Translations under genes and position numbers: made by a program | Notes under the pieces: model-generated | Database searches by the model: none | Told to the model about the DNA's origin: nothing | What the model saw: only the letters and a program-made list of their open reading frames with translations | Shown here: positions 9,039-16,864 of the stretch, piece after piece | How positions within the stretch are numbered: position 1 is the first letter of the stretch | Layout: each line of letters opens with the position of its first letter | NCBI GenBank assembly: GCA_913057955.1 | Contig: CAJXOB010000001.1 | Span: forward strand, 21,215 to 85,214 | Direction: 5' to 3' | Origin: an uncultured Gammaproteobacteria bacterium | GTDB lineage: Bacteria > Pseudomonadota > Gammaproteobacteria > PS1 > Pseudothioglobaceae | Length of the DNA: 64,000 nucleotides

Positions 9039-10157
9039 ATGTTTAAATCTTTTTTGCTTTCATTGTTATTGTTTTGCGTTTTTTTAAGCGCTCCTTCTGC
9101 TGCTAGCGGCACGCATGACTATAGCTTCAAAGTATCAAGAGGCGATGCATTTTACAAATTCTTCTTTAGTACTGGGCTATCGGGAAAGCTTCTATCAAAA
9201 CTAATGTCCTCTGATGAAAGGGCTCAGAAACTTAACAATATTTATCCTGGTGACAAGTTTAGAATAATACTGAATGACAGCCATGAGTTGGCGCAAATTA
9301 TTTATAGTCCAGTTAACGACAGCCCTCTATTCATAACTTATGATGGAAGATCGTTTAGCTATTTAAAGAAAGGCATTCAGCCTACGGCTGAATTATCCTA
9401 TACTACTGTTACAATCAACAAATCTTTAAATTATGACGCCAAAAAAGCTGGAGTAGATGCTGCGGTTATTAAAATGATGGTCGATAATTTTTCATGGGAG
9501 ATGGACTTTAGTAGAGACCTAAGAAAAGGTGATAAATTTGTCTTGTCTTGGGATGGGGAGAAAACACCGGGCGCCATGATTTATATTGGCAATAGAAAAA
9601 CTATTGCACTTTTTTCGTATAAAAATGCTCTTGATCAAAAGAAATACTTCACCTCTAAGGGTGCCACTTTAAACGACTCTTTTGCTTTTGCGCCTGCGAA
9701 ATATAATCGAATTAGCTCGAGCTTTACAAAAAGGCGCTTCCACCCTACACTTAAAATTTATCGCTCTCACCGAGGCACTGATTTTGCAGCCCCCACTGGA
9801 ACGCCGATCTATGCTCCTGCAAAAGGAGTTGTAAAATATAAAGCTACGTTATCTGGCTATGGTAATGTTATCTATTTACAGCATGGAACAGACTATGTAA
9901 CAGTCTATGCCCACCTATCAAAATTTGCTAAAGGCTTAAAGTCTGGGAAAAAGATTAAAAAAAGTGAGCTAATCGGCTACGTAGGAACAACTGGTCAGTC
10001 AACTGGCCCCCATCTTCACTATGAAATTAGAATCAATGGGGTTCATCAAGATGCTGAAAAGATAAAACTTCCTAAACAGTCTTTCGTTCCAAGCAGTGCG
10101 ATGCCCAAGTTTCAAAAACGAGCAAGAAAAATTCTTCAGGATTTAGACATAGGATAG
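9039..10157 (+). CDS. M23 family murein DD-endopeptidase (MepM/YebA-like), secreted
   Basis: The signal peptide MFKSFLLSLLLFCVFLSAPSAASG follows the ATG at 9039. M23 zinc motifs are HRGTDFAAPTGTPIYA and GPHLHYEIRING. The N-terminal region is OapA/LysM-like. Confidence 0.85.
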   Translation: MFKSFLLSLLLFCVFLSAPSAASGTHDYSFKVSRGDAFYKFFFSTGLSGKLLSKLMSSDERAQKLNNIYPGDKFRIILNDSHELAQIIYSPVNDSPLFITYDGRSFSYLKKGIQPTAELSYTTVTINKSLNYDAKKAGVDAAVIKMMVDNFSWEMDFSRDLRKGDKFVLSWDGEKTPGAMIYIGNRKTIALFSYKNALDQKKYFTSKGATLNDSFAFAPAKYNRISSSFTKRRFHPTLKIYRSHRGTDFAAPTGTPIYAPAKGVVKYKATLSGYGNVIYLQHGTDYVTVYAHLSKFAKGLKSGKKIKKSELIGYVGTTGQSTGPHLHYEIRINGVHQDAEKIKLPKQSFVPSSAMPKFQKRARKILQDLDIG

Positions 10158-10242
10158 TATTTTTTTGTTCTTCCGTTGTATCTAGACCACGACTATATCG
10201 CAATCGATTAAAATAAATACTTTAGTTCATTTTACGGTGCTT

Positions 10243-11118
10243 ATGCATTCTAATCTGCAAACCAAGTTGTCTTTACCTCTTCTTCATCGCGGCAAGGTGA
10301 GGGATATTTTTGATATTGACAAAGACAACATGCTTATAGTTACAACCGATCGGCTTTCTGCTTTTGATGTTGTTTTTGATCAGCCTATTCCAGAAAAAGG
10401 AAAAATTCTCACATCAATAGCAGACTATTGGTTTGAAAAAACTAAACACATTATTCAAAACCACCTAACCAGCATTAAGCTTCAAGAGATACTCCCAAGC
10501 CATGAGGCTGAAGCACTTAAAGGAAGGGCAATTGTCGTAAAGAAGCTCAAACCGTTGCCTATTGAAGCTGTAATAAGGGGTTATTTGATTGGCTCTGGCT
10601 GGAAAGAATACTTAGAATCTGGGTCTGTTTGTGGAATAGGTCTACCCTCTGATATGGCACTTGCTGAAAAACTTGAATACCCTATTTTTACGCCCTCTTC
10701 AAAAGCTGCGGCTGGCGATCATGATACCAATATCTCCTTTAGCTCAGTTGAGTCCCTAGTGGGCGAAGATGTTGCAGAGCAAATTAAAAGAACAAGCCTT
10801 GCGATTTATAATTTTGCCGCAAAACATGCTATAAGTCGCGGCGTTATTATTGCCGACACAAAGCTTGAATTTGGACTAGACTCGGAAAACAAACTCACTC
10901 TGATGGATGAAATATTAACACCTGACTCTTCGCGATTCTGGTCTTTGTCAGACTACGCTCCTGGCACAAGTCCAAAAAGTTTTGATAAGCAAATTATTAG
11001 AGACTACCTTGAAACACTTGACTGGAATAAAGCGCCTCCTGCGCCAACTATTCCAGAGTCAGTTATGCAAAAAACTGCTGAGAAATATAGAAGCATTCAA
11101 TCAATATTATGCAGTTAA
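10243..11118 (+). CDS. purC: phosphoribosylaminoimidazole-succinocarboxamide (SAICAR) synthase
   Basis: Carries HRGKVRDIFDI, TDRLSAFD and IADTKLEFG motifs. The GTG at 10237 is an alternative start. Confidence 0.93.
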   Translation: MHSNLQTKLSLPLLHRGKVRDIFDIDKDNMLIVTTDRLSAFDVVFDQPIPEKGKILTSIADYWFEKTKHIIQNHLTSIKLQEILPSHEAEALKGRAIVVKKLKPLPIEAVIRGYLIGSGWKEYLESGSVCGIGLPSDMALAEKLEYPIFTPSSKAAAGDHDTNISFSSVESLVGEDVAEQIKRTSLAIYNFAAKHAISRGVIIADTKLEFGLDSENKLTLMDEILTPDSSRFWSLSDYAPGTSPKSFDKQIIRDYLETLDWNKAPPAPTIPESVMQKTAEKYRSIQSILCS

Positions 11119-11909
11119 GTGGCCACATAAAGATGATGGAAACTTCTCTAGAGGATGGCGCTGCAAAGTATCGTCTTCCAATTGGTGAAAGCTTAATAGA
11201 CATGAATGCTCTTGTAGGAAAGCATATTGAACTCAAATATAATGACATAATACATTGCGCCAACTGCGGAGTGAGGACCAAAAAAAGTTGGTCTGGTGGC
11301 TTTTGCTTCCCCTGCACACAAATTTTAGCTAGGTGTGACTTATGCATTATGAGGCCGGAGACTTGCCATTACTCTGAAGGCACTTGTAGAGAGCCTCAAT
11401 GGGGGCTTGACTACTGTTTTCAGCCAACCGTTGTGTACCTTGCAAACACCTCTAAACCAAAGGTTGGAATCACCAATAAAAAAAGAGTTTATAGTCGCTG
11501 GGTTGAGCAAGGCGCAGTGTCTGCATTGCCTATAATTGAAGCCAAGTCTCGCTTAGACTCTGGGAAGATTGAGGTTGCATTAAAACAATTTGTTGCTGAC
11601 AAAACAAATTGGCGGAACATGTTAAAAAATGAAGTAGAGTTGTCTGACCTTAATTCTCTAAAGAGGTCGCTCCTTAGTGAGATTTCAAGCACGATAGAAG
11701 AAACCGATGCCATAGTCCTCAATGACGACGTGGTAAATATTAACTACCCTGTGCTAAAATACCCCACCAAGGTTGTGTCTTTAAACTTTGACAAAACCCC
11801 TGTCATTTCAGGTATTTTGGAAGGAATAAAGGGACAATATTTGTTATTAGATAGTGGTGTGCTTAATATAAGAAAATTTAGCTCATATCACCTTACGATC
11901 GACAGCTGA
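11109..11909 (+). CDS. Cys-rich zinc-ribbon protein, DUF2797-like, function unknown
   Basis: 266 aa with three CxxC pairs in 45 residues (CANCG...CFPC...CDLC), followed by a C-terminal alpha/beta region. It overlaps the purC stop by 10 nt. The DUF2797 assignment is from memory and unverified. Confidence 0.45.
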   Translation: MQLSGHIKMMETSLEDGAAKYRLPIGESLIDMNALVGKHIELKYNDIIHCANCGVRTKKSWSGGFCFPCTQILARCDLCIMRPETCHYSEGTCREPQWGLDYCFQPTVVYLANTSKPKVGITNKKRVYSRWVEQGAVSALPIIEAKSRLDSGKIEVALKQFVADKTNWRNMLKNEVELSDLNSLKRSLLSEISSTIEETDAIVLNDDVVNINYPVLKYPTKVVSLNFDKTPVISGILEGIKGQYLLLDSGVLNIRKFSSYHLTIDS

Positions 11910-11928
11910 ACGAACCAATAAATCCAAT

Positions 11929-12765
11929 ATGATTGACTCTGCTAAACAATTTATAGATCAAAAAAATAAGCGTTTAACCCTACTTGGAATGTCTGGTGTG
12001 GGCAAAACACACCTTGCTAAACTTATCGGAGAAAAAGGTGGATGGTTTCATTTTTCTGGAGACTATCGAATTGGTGCAACACACCTTAAAGATGCGATCA
12101 TTAACAATATTGCCAATAAAATGAAAGACGATGCTTGGCTTAAACCGCTTCTAGAAAACAACTCTATAAGCGTTAATAGTCAAGTTACCTTTGATAATTT
12201 AGAGCCAATCTCTACATTCCTAGGAAAAGTTGGAAACCCCGAAGAGGGAGGCCTTCCTGTTGAAGAGTTTGTTCGCCGCCAAAATCTTTTTTTAGAGGCG
12301 GAAAAAAAGACAATGCGTGAAGTTCCTTATTTTATTAACCAGTCTTTAGAGAATGGGTACGATCACTTTATAAACGATGCTGGAGGAAGCCTCTGTGAAC
12401 TTGAAGATAGCGCGCTTTTTAAGCTTCTATCAGAAAAAACACTAATTATTTATATTAAAACGAACAAGGAAAATGAAAGGCTACTTATTGATCGAGCCAA
12501 AAGTCACCCTAAGCCGATGTACTATAATCCAAAGTTTTTTGAGGAGGCTCTTCAGCTCTTCCTAAAAGAAAATAGCCTCGATTACGCAGCGCAAATTAAT
12601 CCAAATGCTTTTGTTAGCTGGGTATTTCCAAAACTTGTTACAGATAGGCTTAAAAAATATAGCGCATTAGCAGATCAATATGGCTGCACAATTGAGAGCG
12701 ATGCGCTGCATGATTGTAATTCTGCAAAAGATGTTTTAAATTTAATCTCTGGCGCACTTAAATAG
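11929..12765 (+). CDS. P-loop NTPase, shikimate/NMP-kinase-like, function unknown
   Basis: 278 aa. It has a Walker A motif LLGMSGVGKTH, an Asp in SGDY and a later NDAGGS motif, the same order as in shikimate-kinase-type folds. Its stop is 1 nt before the metA ATG. Confidence 0.5.
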   Translation: MIDSAKQFIDQKNKRLTLLGMSGVGKTHLAKLIGEKGGWFHFSGDYRIGATHLKDAIINNIANKMKDDAWLKPLLENNSISVNSQVTFDNLEPISTFLGKVGNPEEGGLPVEEFVRRQNLFLEAEKKTMREVPYFINQSLENGYDHFINDAGGSLCELEDSALFKLLSEKTLIIYIKTNKENERLLIDRAKSHPKPMYYNPKFFEEALQLFLKENSLDYAAQINPNAFVSWVFPKLVTDRLKKYSALADQYGCTIESDALHDCNSAKDVLNLISGALK

Positions 12766-12766
12766 C

Positions 12767-13825
12767 ATGCCACTAATAGCAAACTCTAAACTACCTTCAT
12801 TTGAACGGCTTGCCAAACAAGGCGAGACAATTCTTTCTATTGATAGGGCCAATCATCAAACCATTAGAGAGCTTCATATTGGGCTATTGAACATGATGCC
12901 TGACTCTGCACTTGAAGCAACAGAGAGACAATTTTTTCGTTTGATTGGCCATTCAAACCAAATTGCCCAGTTTTACGTCCACCCTTTTTCGCTTTCAAGC
13001 ATCAAAAGAGGTAAGGATTCAACAGCGCATATTGAAAAATACTATAAAACCTTTGAAGAAATTAAACTTCAAGGACTCGATGCGCTAATTATTACTGGTG
13101 CTAATGTGACTGATCCAGACCTTCAACTAGCTCCATTTTACGAGCAGCTTAGAGAGGTGGTTGACTGGTCATATGAAAACGTTACTTCAACTCTATGCTC
13201 CTGCCTAGCGACCCATGCTGTTTTAGAGTTTAAGTATGGCCAGAAACGAAAGCCTGTTGGAAAAAAACATTGGGGTGTCTTTCCTCATAAAGTAGTTGAC
13301 AGGGCACACCCTCTCGTCAAGGGGGTTAACACCCGTTTTGACATACCACACTCGCGATTCAACGAAGTGTCTGAGTCCCAATTCAAAGAAGCAAATGCTG
13401 TAGTTTTAGCTAAAAGCCCTATTGGGGTTCACCTAGCTGTCAGCCCTGATCTTTTTAGAATTGTCTTCTTTCAAGGGCACCCCGAATATGACTCCGTTAG
13501 CCTTCTAAAGGAGTACAAGAGAGAGGTTGCACTTTACCTCGAAAAAAGCACTACAAAGTACCCTCCATTTCCAAGCAATTATTTGTCATTACAAAGTTGC
13601 GCTATTTTGACAGAATATCGTCAAAAGCTTATAAATAAAACAGCGACTATTAAACACTTTCCAGAAGAGCTTATTGCTAGAACCCTCGACAATACCTGGC
13701 ATGACAGTGCTAGCGCTATTATTAATAACTGGATTGGATGCGTTTATCAGGTCACTAATGAAAATATTAAAAAGCCTTTTATGGGAACCATTAACCCAAA
13801 TAATCCGCTTAACCTAAAGAAGTGA
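12767..13825 (+). CDS. metA: homoserine O-acyltransferase, MetA family
   Basis: 352 aa that can be aligned by eye to E. coli MetA: HIGLLNMMPD (LNLMP motif), the TSTLCSCLATHA active-site Cys region, IPHSRF and FQGHPEYD. Acyl-donor specificity (succinyl or acetyl) cannot be read from the sequence. Confidence 0.88.
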   Translation: MPLIANSKLPSFERLAKQGETILSIDRANHQTIRELHIGLLNMMPDSALEATERQFFRLIGHSNQIAQFYVHPFSLSSIKRGKDSTAHIEKYYKTFEEIKLQGLDALIITGANVTDPDLQLAPFYEQLREVVDWSYENVTSTLCSCLATHAVLEFKYGQKRKPVGKKHWGVFPHKVVDRAHPLVKGVNTRFDIPHSRFNEVSESQFKEANAVVLAKSPIGVHLAVSPDLFRIVFFQGHPEYDSVSLLKEYKREVALYLEKSTTKYPPFPSNYLSLQSCAILTEYRQKLINKTATIKHFPEELIARTLDNTWHDSASAIINNWIGCVYQVTNENIKKPFMGTINPNNPLNLKK

Positions 13826-14853
13826 CGGAGTTAGCGAGCGGTCTCTTAACTTGGTTTATAAAACATGGAAGAAAAAATCTTCCCTGGCAATCTAGCCCTC
13901 CAAATGGATATCATGTATGGCTATCAGAAGTTATGCTGCAACAAACTCAAGTCAAAACTGTTGTTGATTATTTCAATAGCTTCATTAAGAAGTTTCCAGA
14001 CATAACATCGCTCGCTAACGCGAGTGAGGATGATGTTATGGCAGCATGGGCAGGCCTAGGATACTACAGCCGAGCTCAAAATTTACATAAAACTGCGCAA
14101 ATTATCTCGTCCCTTTATAGCGGTATTTTTCCCAAAACTTATCTCGAAATTATGGCCCTTCCAGGGGTTGGAAGGTCAACGGCTGGAGCTATTTTGTCTC
14201 TTACATTCAATCTGCCGCATGCAATCCTTGATGGAAATGTTAAACGAGTCTTATCAAGATATCACAGGGTCGCTGGCCACTATAGCTCAAGTGGCGTTAT
14301 GAAAGAACTGTGGCTTCTTGCAGAAAAACACACCCCCGAAAAACACAATGCACAATACACGCAAGCAATAATGGATGTTGGCGCTACTGTGTGTACCCCA
14401 AGAAATCCAGACTGTAAAAGGTGCCCAATATCAAAGAATTGTGGTGCCTTTATTTATAATCAACAAGACGACTACCCAAACAAAAAGACAAAAAAAATCA
14501 AGCCTGAGCGAAGCGTTGTTTTCTTAATTTACAAAAATGAAAAGGGTGAGGTGCATCTTAAAAAAAGACCAAAAAAAGGAATTTGGGGGGGGTTATGGAG
14601 CTTTATTGAATGTGCTGATAACGAACTAGAAATAGAAGAAAAAATTATTAGCCATAACCCCAATGCAAAAATCCTCGAGTCGCTTGAAACATTCAAACAC
14701 AGCTTTAGTCATTTCACTCTTTGGATTAGCCCAATTATCGTTAGCTCTCCAGGCGGCGCTAACGACTATTATAAAACAAATGATATTTCAGTCGGAATGC
14801 CGGCTCCTGTCAAAAAAATTATTCAATCGTTTGATTTAATAAACCACGCATAG
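13822..14853 (+). CDS. mutY: A/G-specific adenine DNA glycosylase
   Basis: Carries LSEVMLQQTQV, GLGYYSRA, a HhH-GPD region, the 4Fe-4S cluster loop CTPRNPDCKRCPISKNC and a C-terminal NUDIX-like domain. The GTG start overlaps the metA stop. Confidence 0.9.
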   Translation: MTELASGLLTWFIKHGRKNLPWQSSPPNGYHVWLSEVMLQQTQVKTVVDYFNSFIKKFPDITSLANASEDDVMAAWAGLGYYSRAQNLHKTAQIISSLYSGIFPKTYLEIMALPGVGRSTAGAILSLTFNLPHAILDGNVKRVLSRYHRVAGHYSSSGVMKELWLLAEKHTPEKHNAQYTQAIMDVGATVCTPRNPDCKRCPISKNCGAFIYNQQDDYPNKKTKKIKPERSVVFLIYKNEKGEVHLKKRPKKGIWGGLWSFIECADNELEIEEKIISHNPNAKILESLETFKHSFSHFTLWISPIIVSSPGGANDYYKTNDISVGMPAPVKKIIQSFDLINHA

Positions 14854-14874
14854 AGCTGTGAGTAAAATAGCATC

Positions 14875-15804
14875 ATGGAACTAATTCGAGGCCTTCATAA
14901 TCTTAAAACCCAATCTGGTTGTGTTCTTACCATTGGCAACTTTGATGGTGTCCATGTAGGTCACCAAGAAATACTGAAAAAACTTGTCTTGACTGCGAAA
15001 CAGAAAGGCATTCCATCTCTTGTAATTTCTTTTTCTGTAACGCCCGAATCTTTTTTTGGCAGGACAAAAGCCAGGCTGAGTAGCTTCAGAGATAAGCACC
15101 TCTTTCTCGAGTCGCTGGGAATAGATAAACACCTGTTAATAAGGTTTAATAAGGCTTTTTCTGAAATTAGCGCTGAATCCTTTATTAACGAAACTCTTGT
15201 CAATAAAATTAGTGTCGATCATTGCTTCATTGGAGATGATTTTCGTTTTGGTAAGGATCGCCTTGGAGACTTCTCAATGCTTAAAGCGTTTTCATCTGAA
15301 AAAGGCTTTTCAGTTGAAAAGATTAATGAAGTTAGTCTTAAGGGTCAAAGAATTAGCAGCTCTGCTATACGAAAACTACTGTCGCAGGGTGATTTTAAAA
15401 GCGCTGAAATATGTCTTGGGAGGCCTTTTGCAATTAGTGGGCGAGTTGCTCATGGTGAAAAAATGGGAAGAACCATTGGGTTTCCAACTGCCAATATAAG
15501 CATCCGACGAAAGTTGAGCCCTGTTCTCGGAGTCTATAGCGTGATAACTAAAATCAACGGCACTGAATATATTGGTATTTGTAATGTTGGGAAACGACCA
15601 ACAATAGGTGGCACTAAGGTTTTGTTAGAAGTTTTTATATTTAACTTCAATCAAGAAATTTATGGCGAACACGTGACTGTAATTTTTAAACAAAAATGCA
15701 GAGATGAAGTTAAATTTAATTCTCTTGATGAATTAAAAAGTCAAATTAAAAAGGACGTTGCAAAAAGCAAGAAATACTTTCAAAGCAAATTATTCTTAGA
15801 CTAA
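14875..15804 (+). CDS. ribF: bifunctional riboflavin kinase / FMN adenylyltransferase
   Basis: 309 aa with GNFDGVHVGHQ (nucleotidyltransferase) and GFPTANI plus a C-terminal kinase domain. Confidence 0.93.
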   Translation: MELIRGLHNLKTQSGCVLTIGNFDGVHVGHQEILKKLVLTAKQKGIPSLVISFSVTPESFFGRTKARLSSFRDKHLFLESLGIDKHLLIRFNKAFSEISAESFINETLVNKISVDHCFIGDDFRFGKDRLGDFSMLKAFSSEKGFSVEKINEVSLKGQRISSSAIRKLLSQGDFKSAEICLGRPFAISGRVAHGEKMGRTIGFPTANISIRRKLSPVLGVYSVITKINGTEYIGICNVGKRPTIGGTKVLLEVFIFNFNQEIYGEHVTVIFKQKCRDEVKFNSLDELKSQIKKDVAKSKKYFQSKLFLD

Positions 15805-16833
15805 AAGGCTCCAGGAAAGCTCTTTACCAGAAAAGAATGGGGTCACATGCGACCCAGAAAAGTTATAACTATCAGGCACACGCCATTTAGATTTTTCTAA
15901 GGTAATTTTCTCTTCATTTCTAGGCAAGTGATAAAAGTCAGGGCCAAAAAATGAGGCAAAGCCCTCTAGCATCTCAATTTTTCCAACTCTGTCAAAAGCT
16001 TCTGCATAGAGCTCAATTGCAGCGTGCGCACTAAAAACTCCCGCACAACCACATGCAGACTCTTTTTGATGTTTTTCATGGGGGGCCGAATCCGTTCCTA
16101 AGAAAAATTTTGAGCTTCCTGAAGTAGCAGCCCTTATAAGAGAGTCCTGGTGAGGCGTGCGCCTCTTCAAAACAGGCAAACAATAAAAGTGCGGCTTGAT
16201 CCCCCCAACGAGCATGTCGTTTCTGTTAGCTAAAAGATGATGCGGAGTTATTGTTGCTGCTATATTGTTGTGGCTGTCATTTATAAAATCTACAGCGTCT
16301 TTTGTTGTTATATGTTCTAGAACCATCCTGAGACCAGGAAAGTCTTTCACTAAGCGAGAGAGCGTCCTATCAATAAAAACTTTTTCTCTGTCAAAGATAT
16401 CAATGTCATTATCAGTTACCTCGCCATGTATCAGAAGCGGCAAGTCTTCTTTTTGCATTTGCTCTAGCACAGGGTAGGTATTTAATAAATTTGTGACCCC
16501 GCTTTCAGAATTAGTTGTGGCTCCTGCAGGATAAAGCTTTACCGCGTGAACTTCTTGGGCATTACTCGCCGCAATTACTTCTTTTTTAGTTGTGCTGTCT
16601 GTGAGATAAAGCACCATTAAAGGATTAAAGACTGATGCTGGAGATAGGGCGCTCATAATCTCAGAATGATAGGCTATTGCTTGCGATACGCTTACTATTG
16701 GCGGCGAGAGATTTGGCATAATAACTCCCCTTCCCATCTGCAAAGCGCTCATACCTACAACAGACTTCATTGCATCACCCCCTCTAAGGTGAAGATGCCA
16801 GTCGTCCGGCTTAGTGAGGGTTATTTTCTCCAT
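15796..16833 (-). CDS. pyrC: dihydroorotase (homodimeric type II)
   Basis: 345 aa. The PDDWHLHLR metal-binding motif and overall collinearity match E. coli PyrC. Confidence 0.92.
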   Translation of the reverse strand: MEKITLTKPDDWHLHLRGGDAMKSVVGMSALQMGRGVIMPNLSPPIVSVSQAIAYHSEIMSALSPASVFNPLMVLYLTDSTTKKEVIAASNAQEVHAVKLYPAGATTNSESGVTNLLNTYPVLEQMQKEDLPLLIHGEVTDNDIDIFDREKVFIDRTLSRLVKDFPGLRMVLEHITTKDAVDFINDSHNNIAATITPHHLLANRNDMLVGGIKPHFYCLPVLKRRTPHQDSLIRAATSGSSKFFLGTDSAPHEKHQKESACGCAGVFSAHAAIELYAEAFDRVGKIEMLEGFASFFGPDFYHLPRNEEKITLEKSKWRVPDSYNFSGSHVTPFFSGKELSWSLLV

Positions 16834-16864
16834 ATAATCAGGCTAGTTTCCAAAAAAGCAAAGC

